59,273 nt of DNA from a virus (Duplodnaviria; Caudoviricetes). Where the stretch lies: positions 1-59,273 of IMG/VR virus record IMGVR_UViG_3300048610_000026; one strand, 5' to 3'. Below the pieces are notes generated by a model that was not told the DNA's origin, did not search any database, and was given only the letters and a program-made list of their open reading frames with translations. Shown here in pieces: positions 10,111-19,272 of the stretch. Position 1 is the stretch's first letter, and each line of letters begins with the position of its first letter. Made by a program: the position numbers and the translations under genes.

Positions 10111-10382
10111 TGCAGGCGTACAGCACCAGCACCGACACCACGTACGAGTCGTGGGAGGCGCTGGTCGAGGCAGAGTCCAACGGCTACCTGGCCGTGGCTC
10201 TCCTCACCAACCAGAAGCAGACCTGGCCGTTCGTCGAGGGGCCGTTCCCGACCAAGCGCGAGGCCACCAACGCTCGGACCCGCATGCGGAACCGGTTCAA
10301 GAAGGAGTCTGAGTGGCAGGCCCAGGTGACAGGAAAGTTCTTCGTCACCCCCGCCTGGAAGACGGAGAGGAAGCGGGCCTGA
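10110..10382 (+). CDS. hypothetical protein
   Basis: Translationally coupled ORF. Confidence 0.6.
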   Translation: MQAYSTSTDTTYESWEALVEAESNGYLAVALLTNQKQTWPFVEGPFPTKREATNARTRMRNRFKKESEWQAQVTGKFFVTPAWKTERKRA

Positions 10383-10810
10383 TGTGCGGCTGCGAGCGGC
10401 ACTATGACGGGACGTCCGCATGCACCTGCGTCTGCCCCGAGCATGCTAACTTCCGAGCAGCGTGGACGTTGGCGATGGCCCGGTTCGATCAGATCCAGGT
10501 ACTCCAGCAGGAGGTCGCCAGGCTCAGCGGTGAACTCGAAGCCGCCAAGCAGGCGGCCCGGGAGATCATGGCCGAGCGCAACACCTGGGCTCGCGAACTC
10601 GCGGACATGCGCGACGAGCGGGACACCGCCCGAGATGAGTTCGACAAGGTCCGCACCCTGTGGGCTGAGAGCGATAACAACTCCATCGCTCGGCAGGTCG
10701 CTCTGGAGGGGGCGATTCAACAGGTACTGGAAATCGGGTACAAGAACCTGTTCCAAGAAGACCTGAACAAGGCCTTGCGCAATCTAAGGAGAGTGCTCGA
10801 TGACGACTGA
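10382..10810 (+). CDS. coiled-coil hypothetical protein
   Basis: Coupled ORF with a heptad pattern. Confidence 0.6.
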   Translation: MCGCERHYDGTSACTCVCPEHANFRAAWTLAMARFDQIQVLQQEVARLSGELEAAKQAAREIMAERNTWARELADMRDERDTARDEFDKVRTLWAESDNNSIARQVALEGAIQQVLEIGYKNLFQEDLNKALRNLRRVLDDD

Positions 10811-10999
10811 GGAAAAGGACCCGACCACCGAGGAGATCATGCGGGTTGGCCGCTACTGGGCACGCGTCAAGGCGCGAGCCTGCTCACACAGCAGCGGGAT
10901 CACCTTCGACGTCGACAACGAGATGCGCTGCCCTGATTGCGATCAGCGGCTGTTCGTCATGTCGGAGATGCAGATCGAGGAACTACGGAAGGAGAAGCA

Positions 11000-12253
11000 G
11001 TGACAGCACAGACAGACGAGAGGGTCTACGCGGCCGAGAATGACTGGCTGCAGATGATGACGCTGGCCGACAACCGAGGTGGTGTCATCCGGTACCAGGG
11101 CGAAGAGTACCTGCCCGAGGGGTTCGTCCGGTTCTCGGGGATCGACGACATCGCGGCGTACGTCGCCAAGGTGCTGGCTCACATCGGCCGGGACGCAGAC
11201 GCGATCCACGTGGTCGATGGACGCGGCGGTAGCGCGGCGCATTTCGACTACTTCCGGCAGGAGATCCAGATCCCCAAGCGGGAGAAGGGCGGGGCATGGG
11301 CGCTGAACTCGGCGGTCGTGTTGCACGAGGTGGCGCACTATCTCAGCCCCGCCAACGGGCACACTCGGCCCTTCCGGCTGGCGTTCGTGCGGCTCCTGGA
11401 GGACCTCGGGCAGGTCGAGAATGCCCGACTCCTGCAGGCCTGCTTCAGCGTGCACAGCCTGAGCGTGCTCAAGGCCGACACCACTGAGGCGACCATCGCT
11501 CGGATCGGCAAGGTGCTGCGGCAGGCTGAGGCTGCGAGCACCGAGGAGGAGCGCGCCACGTTCCTCGCCAAGGCGCAGGAGATGGCGACCCGGCACTCGG
11601 TGACCTTGGCCACCGCACGGGCCCACCAGGCCCGCAAGGAGGAGCGCGCAGCACCTGTCGCGCGCTCGTACAAGGTCGGCGCTGCCCGCCAGCGTGGCCT
11701 GGTGCAGTTGATCCACCTGATCATGGGGATCAGCTCAACGAACGATGTGAAGTTCACGATCTACGGGGATAACTCCGGGGTCACGATGTACGGCTTCGTC
11801 GAGGACATCGACCTGACGATCGCGCTGTACGAGTCGATCCGCACACAGATGGTCACCGACTGCGAGGCCTACCTCGCGACCGACGAGTGGAGGGGTGAGC
11901 GGGTCTGGTCCGAGAAGCAGTTCGCGAGGGTTCCGATCACCAAGATCACCGCGCGACTGGCGTTCAACGACGCCTACCAGCGCAGGATCGGCCATCGGAT
12001 GGCCGAGGCCCAGCGCGCTGCTCGCAAGGCGGTCGAGACCGAGAAGCCGGAGGTCGGCACCGCGCTGATCCTGCGGGACAAGGCGGTCGAGGTGCGCGAG
12101 GCGTACGCAGTCGCGACCCGGACGATCAAGCGCTCGTGGAGTGGCGGCAAGGTCACCGGGTCGGAGCGTGCGTTCGCCGCCGGAGACCGGGCTGCCCGGT
12201 CGGCATCGATTGGTGCCGAGAAGCAGTTGACACCTACCGCTGATCAGGGGTAG
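11000..12253 (+). CDS. HEXXH metallopeptidase-like domain fused to a DUF2786-like domain
   Basis: VYAAE...VVLHEVAH...GH...F; then RIGKVLRQAE...EE...F.AKAQE (DUF2786 signature). Confidence 0.7.
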   Translation: MTAQTDERVYAAENDWLQMMTLADNRGGVIRYQGEEYLPEGFVRFSGIDDIAAYVAKVLAHIGRDADAIHVVDGRGGSAAHFDYFRQEIQIPKREKGGAWALNSAVVLHEVAHYLSPANGHTRPFRLAFVRLLEDLGQVENARLLQACFSVHSLSVLKADTTEATIARIGKVLRQAEAASTEEERATFLAKAQEMATRHSVTLATARAHQARKEERAAPVARSYKVGAARQRGLVQLIHLIMGISSTNDVKFTIYGDNSGVTMYGFVEDIDLTIALYESIRTQMVTDCEAYLATDEWRGERVWSEKQFARVPITKITARLAFNDAYQRRIGHRMAEAQRAARKAVETEKPEVGTALILRDKAVEVREAYAVATRTIKRSWSGGKVTGSERAFAAGDRAARSASIGAEKQLTPTADQG

Positions 12254-12256
12254 GTT
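12227..12256 (+). promoter_or_regulatory. SigA-type promoter for the Y RNA/Ro60 locus
   Basis: TTGACA-N18-TAGGTT immediately upstream of the structured non-coding region. Confidence 0.7.
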
Positions 12257-12260
12257 CATC

Positions 12261-12318
12261 TCTCGTTGGGCCGGGAGGCTGGGGGCGCTCCTCGGACGTG
12301 ACTTCCGGCCCAACGAGA
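12261..12318 (+). other. long 5' leader hairpin
   Basis: TCTCGTTGGGCCGG pairs with CCGGCCCAACGAGA at the predicted transcript start. Confidence 0.7.
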
Positions 12319-12354
12319 CAATTGAATAGCGCTTACTCTGAGAATTCAGGGAGA

Positions 12355-12421
12355 CGGTGAGCCGAACTCGCTGTCGGTTATCTTTTGGTGATTATCCCGG
12401 TGCGAACTAACTTGTTCACCG
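12355..12421 (+). ncRNA. Y RNA-like 1 (minimal)
   Basis: CGGUGAGCCGAA...CUUGUUCACCG terminal stem with bulged C; UCGGUUAUC motif. Confidence 0.7.
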
Positions 12422-12439
12422 CCACCCTGAGTGCTCAGA

Positions 12440-12572
12440 CTGTCGAGCCGAATGTGTTCGGTTATCCTTTCGCAAAGGGGAAGTTGCGGGTTCGAGTCCC
12501 GTCGTCGCTCCCGAGCGACGTAACTCAATTGGTAGAGTGCCTAAACGTCGGACGCAACTCCTTGTTCGACAG
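12440..12572 (+). ncRNA. Y RNA-like 2, YrlA-type with a permuted tRNA-like domain
   Basis: Ro stem CUGUCGAGCCGAA/CUUGUUCGACAG; T arm GCGGG-UUCGAGU-CCCGU precedes D arm CUC-AAUUGGUA-GAG. Confidence 0.85.
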
Positions 12573-12585
12573 GCTATAAGCGCAC

Positions 12586-12695
12586 GGTGCGAGCCGAAGA
12601 GACTTCGGTTATCTAACATTCAAGCAGCGGCTCCCGCTGCCACCACTGGGATCACCCGAGAGGGCCCGGCCCGGAACTCACTCCTTGTTCGCGCC
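12586..12695 (+). ncRNA. Y RNA-like 3 (non-tRNA internal domain)
   Basis: GGUGCGAGCCGAA/CUUGUUCGCGCC stem; UUCGGUUAUC; two internal hairpins. Confidence 0.75.
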
Positions 12696-12710
12696 ACTCA
12701 AACTTCATAC

Positions 12711-12841
12711 GCTGAGCCGAAGTGTTTCGGTTATCGACTGTTAATCGGGCGGTTGCGGGTTCGAGTCCCGTCGACCAACTAATCCTTGGTCGTAACTCAA
12801 TTGGTAGAGTGCCAAACGCCGGAGCGCACAACTTGTTCAGC
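12711..12841 (+). ncRNA. Y RNA-like 4, YrlA-type with an Asn(GUU)-like anticodon loop
   Basis: GCUGAGCCGAA/CUUGUUCAGC stem; loop CUGUUAA; T arm then D arm identical to Y RNA 2. Confidence 0.85.
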
Positions 12842-12852
12842 AGACTAACCTC

Positions 12853-12967
12853 GATACGAGCCGAAGAGTATTCGGTTATCACTGGTTCGATTCCTGTCTA
12901 GCAACTTCAAACCTTGCTAGGGCCCCGCGTTGGCAGGGGAACCCGGATCTCACCCTTTGCTCGCGTC
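12853..12967 (+). ncRNA. Y RNA-like 5 (degenerate tRNA-like domain)
   Basis: GAUACGAGCCGAA/UUUGCUCGCGUC stem; GGUUCGAUUCC T-loop. Confidence 0.75.
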
Positions 12968-12974
12968 ACTCTTC

Positions 12975-13006
12975 GGCCAGCACGGACTCCCCGTGCTGGC
13001 CTTTTT
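12975..13006 (+). terminator. intrinsic terminator between the Y RNA array and ro60
   Basis: GGCCAGCACGG-ACTCC-CCGTGCTGGCC 11-bp stem followed by TTTTT. Confidence 0.85.
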
Positions 13007-13026
13007 CTATCTGAAAGGAAACCACC

Positions 13027-14703
13027 ATGAGCATCTACAGGGACTTCCTGAACGGCCGGAACTCCACGCCGCAGAGCGAGCAGGCGAAGCCGGAGCAGGT
13101 CAAGAACTCGGCCGGAGGCTACGTCTTCAAGGTCAGCACGACCACGGCCATCGACCGCTTCCTGATCCTCGGCTCGGACACGCCGACCTACTACGCCTCG
13201 GCGCAGACCCTGACCCAGGAGAACGCCAAGGCGATCACGGCGTACGCGCAGAAGCAGGGCAACGACCTCGTCGAGCGAATCCTCGACGTCAGCGTCAATG
13301 GCCGCGCGCCGAAGAACAGCCCGGCGCTGCTTGCGCTGGCCATCGCGGCCTCCGTCGGCGACGAGGGCACCCGGCGTGCTGCCTTCGACGTGCTGCCGAA
13401 GGTGGCCCGCACCAGCACCCACCTCTTCGAGTTCGTGGAGTACCTCGACTCGATGCGCGGCTGGGGCCGTGCTCCGCGCCGCGCCGTCGGTGAGTGGTAC
13501 GTCTCGAAGACGCCCGAGCAGGTCGCCTACCAGGCGGTGAAGTACCGCCAGCGCAACGGCTGGACGCACCGCGACGTGCTCCGCCTCGCGCACCCGGAGA
13601 CGGCTGACGGCGCGATGAACGACGTGCTGAAGTGGATCACTCAGCCGGATGCGTTCACCGAGGCGACCTCGGCTCTGCCGACGTACGCCGGTCTGCCCCA
13701 GGTCATCCGGGGCTTCGAGCACGCCAAGAACGCGATGACCTCGGCTGAGGCTGCCGAACTGATCACCTACTACGGCCTGCCGTGGGAGGCGATCCCGGAC
13801 GCGTACATCAACACGCCGGAGGTGTGGAAGGCGCTCGTGCCGACGATGGGCATGACCGCGCTGATGCGCAACGCCTCGCGCGTGGCTCGCCTGCCGGAGA
13901 GCCGCGAGAAGTCGCAGATTGAGGAGGCCGTGGCTGAGCGTCTCGCGGACCCGGAGATGGTCCGCAAGGGTCGACTGCACCCGGTGAACATCCTCACCGC
14001 GATGCGGACGTACGCGGCTGGCCGCAGCCAGGTCGGGTATGGCAACGGCGGCTCTACCTGGACGCCGAACCGGCTGGTCACCGACGCGCTCGACGAGGCG
14101 TTCTACGCCTCGTTCAAGTACCAGGAGCCGACCGGCAAGCGGTACCTCGTGGCGCTGGACGTGTCTGGCTCGATGGGCGCCGAGGTGAAGCCGGGCCTGA
14201 CCGCTCGCGACGTCTCGGCCGCGATGGCGATGAGCCTGCTCGCGACCGAGCCGAACGTGGACGTGGTCGGCTTCACGGCCGCGAACACCCAGGCTCGGTA
14301 CGGGCAGCGTCGATACAGCCAGGGCTACGACCCGTACGCTGCCGCGTTGACTCCGCTCGACCTGAGCCCGCGCCGTCGGCTCGACGACAACGTGGCGGCG
14401 GTCCGGGGGCTCCCGTTTGGCCGGACCGACTGCGCACTCCCGGCGCGGTGGGCCCGCGAGCAGGGCAAGGACTACGACGCGATCGTGATCTTCACCGACT
14501 CGGAGACGTGGGCTGGTCGCCAGGAGCACCCGTTCCAGGCGCTGACGAAGTACCGCAAGCAGGTCGGCCACAAGGTGGCGCAGATCGTGGTCGGCCTGAC
14601 CGCCACGGACTTCACCATCGCGGATCCGTCCGACCCGGACTCGCTCGACGTGGTCGGCTTCGACTCGGCCCTGCCGGGCCTGATCTCGGAGTTCACCAAG
14701 TAG
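13027..14703 (+). CDS. rsr: Ro60/Rsr RNA-binding protein (TROVE + vWA)
   Basis: QVKNSAGGYVF, RFLILGS and KYRQRNGWTHRDVLRLAHP (TROVE); DVSGSM MIDAS, TDC, FTDSETW, DVVGFD (vWA). Confidence 0.95.
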   Translation: MSIYRDFLNGRNSTPQSEQAKPEQVKNSAGGYVFKVSTTTAIDRFLILGSDTPTYYASAQTLTQENAKAITAYAQKQGNDLVERILDVSVNGRAPKNSPALLALAIAASVGDEGTRRAAFDVLPKVARTSTHLFEFVEYLDSMRGWGRAPRRAVGEWYVSKTPEQVAYQAVKYRQRNGWTHRDVLRLAHPETADGAMNDVLKWITQPDAFTEATSALPTYAGLPQVIRGFEHAKNAMTSAEAAELITYYGLPWEAIPDAYINTPEVWKALVPTMGMTALMRNASRVARLPESREKSQIEEAVAERLADPEMVRKGRLHPVNILTAMRTYAAGRSQVGYGNGGSTWTPNRLVTDALDEAFYASFKYQEPTGKRYLVALDVSGSMGAEVKPGLTARDVSAAMAMSLLATEPNVDVVGFTAANTQARYGQRRYSQGYDPYAAALTPLDLSPRRRLDDNVAAVRGLPFGRTDCALPARWAREQGKDYDAIVIFTDSETWAGRQEHPFQALTKYRKQVGHKVAQIVVGLTATDFTIADPSDPDSLDVVGFDSALPGLISEFTK

Positions 14704-14716
14704 CGGCACCCCACCC

Positions 14717-14750
14717 AGTAGGCCCCGGATAGATCTATCCGGGGCCTACT
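14717..14750. repeat. 34-bp perfect palindrome centred on GGATAGATCTATCC
   Basis: AGTAGGCCCCGGATAGA|TCTATCCGGGGCCTACT directly after ro60. Confidence 0.95.
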
Positions 14751-15651
14751 CTGTACCTGGAGGCATGATGTGGATCGTCCTCTTCGCTGTCGACCTCGTT
14801 CTCGGGGCGGTCCTGGCCTGGATGTTCGGCAGCGGCTGGTGGAAAAACGGAAACCAGCGCTGCTGGGACAAGATGAAGGAGGAGCAAGATGAGTAAGCAG
14901 AGGGCCCGGTACCGGGTGGCGAGCAAGGTGGCCCGAGACGGATCGCTCTGCCTGATGGGGCAGATCCTCCTGCTCCTCGGCGGGCCGCGCCTGGTTGCCG
15001 CCCTGTGGAGGTTCCGCTGATGGGAGACGAACAGCGGGGGCAGGTCAAGCCGAGCAAGCCCGTCTACCCGCCGAAGCGCCCGGCCGGGTCAAAGCCCCCG
15101 ACTCCGCAAGAGCAGGTTCGCGCAGAGGCTCAGAGGCGAGGGCGTCGATGATGGACCACGGCGAGTGCTGGGTGTGCGGCCGTTCGGTGGCACTGCGTGG
15201 AGCGGCGTACCCCTACCGCATGGACCCACACCCGTCCCGAGAGACCAATGCCCTGTGCGCAGGGAGCGACCTGGAGTGGAAGGATCCGATCCTGTGAGCA
15301 CCAAACCAAGGCGTAGAAGGCTCCTCCCAGAGGTGAGCAGGCGTCTGCCGCTCGGGCAGCCGGGCACCCCTGACCGCAAGAGCCGTAAGCGCCAGGAGGA
15401 AGAGGAGTGGGCAGCCAAGTCCGGGCCCGTGATCTACGGGCGGACGGTCACCATCAGCCCACAGCAGTACGAGCACGAAGTGATCCGCGCGGCGGCTGAA
15501 GAGGGCTGCATGAGATGGTTCATCGACAGGATGGACATCCAACCCGAGCCCGGAACCTGGCGGTTCCAGAAGGGCTACGACTACACGATGGAAGACGGTC
15601 AGGTGGGTCACATTCCAGACATGTGGATTTACACCTGCGAGGTGGTGCTGA

Positions 15652-16212
15652 GTGAGTAGCCCAGCACTGGCCCGCATCCTGGAGATGTCCGCCGACGGTG
15701 TCACCCAGACGGAGATCGCCCGGGACACCGGCCTGAGCCAGCCCACCATCTCGCGGATGCTGCGCGAGGGGCAGGAGCAGATGGCGGCCAACGCTGAGTT
15801 GGTCACCGCCCGGCGGCTGAGCCGGGGGTCCGGGCTGCCCTCGATCCCGGCCCCCGAGCGTGACGTGCTCGGCCGGATCCTGTGCACCGAGGAGGACTGC
15901 GAGCAGCCCGCCAGCGCGGGGTCTGCTGTCTGCGAGGAGCACGGCGGTCCGGCCGCGCGGGTCGCGCTGGCCGACCTGATCAACCCGGCCATCCGCCGCC
16001 TCGGTGAACTGATCCACAGCCAGGACGAGCGCGTCGCGCTGGCCGCCAGCGAGGCGGTGCTCAACCGCACCGGTTATGCTAAAGCCGTGGAAGTCACTGT
16101 CACCGATGCGAGAGAGGTACTGATGAGCCGTCTTCTGCAGGCACGGCAGGAGTACTTGGAGGGTCACCCTGAGGTAGTCGAGGGCGAAGTCATCAGCGAT
16201 GACATCCTCTGA
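15652..16212 (+). CDS. HTH protein, putative terminase small subunit
   Basis: N-terminal HTH (TQTEIARDTGLSQPTISRML); C..HGG and ERVALAASEAVLNRTG resemble actinophage TerS-like proteins. Confidence 0.5.
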   Translation: MSSPALARILEMSADGVTQTEIARDTGLSQPTISRMLREGQEQMAANAELVTARRLSRGSGLPSIPAPERDVLGRILCTEEDCEQPASAGSAVCEEHGGPAARVALADLINPAIRRLGELIHSQDERVALAASEAVLNRTGYAKAVEVTVTDAREVLMSRLLQARQEYLEGHPEVVEGEVISDDIL

Positions 16213-16705
16213 GGAGCGATGGGTCGCAGCCTTTGGGTACGAAGGCGTCTACGAGGTATCTGACCTTGGTCGGGTGCGGTCGGTGACTCGTCAAGTACGA
16301 ACCAAAGACGGTCGGACCTGGACAGCGAAGGGGCGTGTGCTGTCCCCCGCTATCGACAAGGCCGGATACCCCTTCGTCTCGCTCAAGGTCGCGGGAAAGC
16401 AGCGCACCCATCGTGTTCATCGACTAGTCCTGATGTCCTTCGTCGGACCTCCCCCCGAGGGGATGGAGTGTCTGCACCGTGATCACAACCGAGCGAACCC
16501 TGGACTGGTCAACCTCCGCTGGGGAACACACGCCGAGAACATGCAGGCTGCGAAGGACCGTGGGAGTTTCCACAAGACACACTGCAAGCGGGGACACCCT
16601 CTAGAAGGTGAGAATCTTGAGCGCTTTGCCCGCACGTGTCGCACATGTCGCCGAGCGAGGCAACGAGATCCTGTGACCATGGACCTGTCCGAGTTATCCG
16701 CCTAG
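16199..16705 (+). CDS. NUMOD4-HNH homing endonuclease
   Basis: ERW...GYEG.YEVSDLGRVRS; VHRLV...F.GP; HRDHNRAN...NLRWGT..EN; THCKRGH. Confidence 0.9.
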   Translation: MTSSEERWVAAFGYEGVYEVSDLGRVRSVTRQVRTKDGRTWTAKGRVLSPAIDKAGYPFVSLKVAGKQRTHRVHRLVLMSFVGPPPEGMECLHRDHNRANPGLVNLRWGTHAENMQAAKDRGSFHKTHCKRGHPLEGENLERFARTCRTCRRARQRDPVTMDLSELSA

Positions 16706-16852
16706 GATGCGGAGTGCCCCGGCTCCCGTGTCGAGTTCGGGAGCCGGGGCGGAGAAGCAAGGTGTTGAGAAGATGGACCCATCCAGCCACAACCCCAGCC
16801 GGGTCCCACTATAGGCCCCGGTCTAGCAATAGTCGAGGAAGGACCCAACCAC

Positions 16853-19096
16853 GTGACTGAGAACCGGTCAGAACTCCAGCCGAAGGCAGGAGCACCGTAC
16901 GCGATCGGCGCACGGGAGTACCTCAAGCGAGGCTGGGATTCACCGTTGCCGGTGCCGTACGGCTCCAAGCAACTGGCCGTCTCAGGCTGGACAGGGTACC
17001 GAGGCAAGCGCCCCGACCATGGCCAGGTCAAGCACTGGCTCAACCAGCACGGCGCCGACAACATCGCGATCCGGATGCCCGAGGATGTCATCGGTATCGA
17101 CGTCGATGCGTACGGCGACAAGTACGGCGAACTCACCCTTGACGTGTGGGAGATGTCGATCGGCCCGCTACCCGCGACGTGGCGCTCCACGAGCCGGAAC
17201 CGCGACATCTCCGGCATCTACTGGTTCCGCCTGCCGGAGGAGGCTGTCGGCCTGCACTGGCACGACCTCGGCGGCGACGTCGAGACGATCTCCTGGCACC
17301 ACCGCTACGCCATGGTCTGGCCGAGCATCCACCCGGAGACCGGACAGACGTACGTCTGGTACGACGACTGGGGCAAGCGGGTCGTCGACCCCCCGGCCAA
17401 GGAGGATCTCGCGCTCCTGCCGATGGCGTGGGTGCAGCGGCTGCTGAAGCCCAGCCACGAGGACCGCAGCGCGGTCACGCGCGACACCTCCGGCCACCGC
17501 GACCCGGCGTACGGCGTACGCTCCGACGCGCAGGTCTGGATCGAGCGCTCACTGCAGACCCTCGACGATCTGCCGAACCCCTGGTACCCAGGAGCGTTCT
17601 GGGACCAGACCACCTTCAACGTCGCCTGTGATCTGGTCCGGCTGGCCAACTCCGGCTGGACCGGCTACACCCTGGAGCAGGCGCAGGACGACCTCTTCGC
17701 TCACGCCCCCACCGACGAGGAGTGGACGAACCACGAGGTCGACGCGAAGTGGCGCTCGGCACTGACCGCCGTCGGCGAGGAGGCCCGGCCCGACCCGGTC
17801 GCCGAGGACTTCGAGCCTCTCACCGACGAGGAGCAGGGCGGCTCGCTCTTCGACGCCACACCAGTCTTCCGCCACATCCGCCAGGCCGCGCACTCCCGGG
17901 GGCTCCGCGCGCCGATGGTGCTGCAGAACGTGATGGCGCGGATCCTGCTGGAGGTACCGCCCGGCTGGGTGTTGCCGCCCGTGGTCGGGGCCAAGGCGAG
18001 CCTGAACCTGTTCTTCGCCTCCGTCGGTGTCAGCAGCGCGGGCAAGTCCACCAGCACCGAACTCGCTGGCGAACTGCTTGGGCTCGTGGGCATGGAGCAG
18101 GACCGGCAGATCCTCCCGGTCGGTACGGGCGAGGGGATGGCGGATGCCTTCCTCGACTACGACAACAAGATCGACGGCATGCCGCAGTTGCTCCCGAACC
18201 CGGCGCGGATGTTCACCGCCGACGAGGTGGAGACGCTGAACCAGTTGGTCGACCGGAACGGGTCCACGCTGTCCAGCCTGCTGAAGACGGCAGGCACGGG
18301 CGGCACGCTCGGGCAGGCCAACGCCAAGGCCGGTGGCCGCAACCGGATCGTGCCCCGGGGGCAGTACCGGATGACGATGGTGGTCAACGTGCAGCCGTCG
18401 ATGGCGGCCCCCCTGCTCGACGGCGAGAAGTCCGGTCTGCCGCAGCGCTTCTTGTGGATGAGCGCTGAAGACCCCGAGGCACCGCGCTCGGCGACCGAGG
18501 ACTTCCCGGAGTACCCCGGACCGCTGGACTGGGAGATGCCGGGCGACGGCAGCCCAGAGCGGGTCATCTCCTACTCGAACGAGATCAGGCTGCAGGTCAT
18601 CCAGGCACACCTCGACGAGCAGCACCGTACCGACGGCGGGAAGATGGAGGGTCACCTCAACCTCACCCGCCTGAAGGTTGCCGAGATCTTCGCGATCCTG
18701 CACGGCGAGACCGACATCACCGAGCAGTGGTGGGAGTTGGCTGGCCGGTTCGTCAAGGAGTCGGTGAAGGCCATCGAGATGTGCAAGGAGGCTGTGCTCA
18801 CCGAGGCGGTCGAGGAGAACGTACGCCGTGCGCAGGCCGCAGGTCACGCGCAGGTCATCACCACAGAGATCGTCCAGCAAGACGCCTTGCTGGTGGAGCG
18901 GTGTCGGGGCCGGATCGTCAGCCTCCTGGAGGACTACGAAGGAGAGGTCGTCACCTGGGCGTACTTGCTCAAGCAACTGTCCAAGAGGCAGAAGCAGGTT
19001 GCCGACCGAGCCCGCGAGGCGTTGGAGATCAACGGCGTCATCGAGGTGACGCCAGGTAAGAGGGGCGGGGAGCAGATCACGCTGGCCGCCGAGTAA
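16853..19096 (+). CDS. bifunctional Prim-Pol primase with helicase-like and C-terminal winged-helix domains
   Basis: NIAIR...IGIDVD, WPSIHPETG..Y.W; P-loop GVSSAGKS; DE; SGLPQRFLW. Confidence 0.85.
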   Translation: MTENRSELQPKAGAPYAIGAREYLKRGWDSPLPVPYGSKQLAVSGWTGYRGKRPDHGQVKHWLNQHGADNIAIRMPEDVIGIDVDAYGDKYGELTLDVWEMSIGPLPATWRSTSRNRDISGIYWFRLPEEAVGLHWHDLGGDVETISWHHRYAMVWPSIHPETGQTYVWYDDWGKRVVDPPAKEDLALLPMAWVQRLLKPSHEDRSAVTRDTSGHRDPAYGVRSDAQVWIERSLQTLDDLPNPWYPGAFWDQTTFNVACDLVRLANSGWTGYTLEQAQDDLFAHAPTDEEWTNHEVDAKWRSALTAVGEEARPDPVAEDFEPLTDEEQGGSLFDATPVFRHIRQAAHSRGLRAPMVLQNVMARILLEVPPGWVLPPVVGAKASLNLFFASVGVSSAGKSTSTELAGELLGLVGMEQDRQILPVGTGEGMADAFLDYDNKIDGMPQLLPNPARMFTADEVETLNQLVDRNGSTLSSLLKTAGTGGTLGQANAKAGGRNRIVPRGQYRMTMVVNVQPSMAAPLLDGEKSGLPQRFLWMSAEDPEAPRSATEDFPEYPGPLDWEMPGDGSPERVISYSNEIRLQVIQAHLDEQHRTDGGKMEGHLNLTRLKVAEIFAILHGETDITEQWWELAGRFVKESVKAIEMCKEAVLTEAVEENVRRAQAAGHAQVITTEIVQQDALLVERCRGRIVSLLEDYEGEVVTWAYLLKQLSKRQKQVADRAREALEINGVIEVTPGKRGGEQITLAAE

Positions 19097-19272
19097 ACAA
19101 GGAGAAGCAGGATGCATGACATGTCGACAACACCGGATTACGCTCGCATGGTCGTCAAGTACGACTACGACCCGCTCGATGCTGGAGGTGTCGCAGAGGC
19201 ACGGAAGATCGTCCCTCGTCCGCGTGACGCCAAAGGGAGGTACGTATCCACCATCTTCGGAAAGGTGCAGGG

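Noticed and set aside
12355-12967. CRISPR array or canonical tRNA cluster
   Set aside because: The repeats are bipartite, base-pair around variable-length structured interiors, and have no cas genes nearby. The T arm precedes the D arm and there is no CCA end, so these are Y RNAs rather than tRNAs.
12907-14709. 600-aa antisense ORF (similar ones at 17549-19117, 26644-28179, 46059-50111, 52531-54003)
   Set aside because: These are shadow ORFs caused by high GC3 on the opposite strand and carry no motifs.
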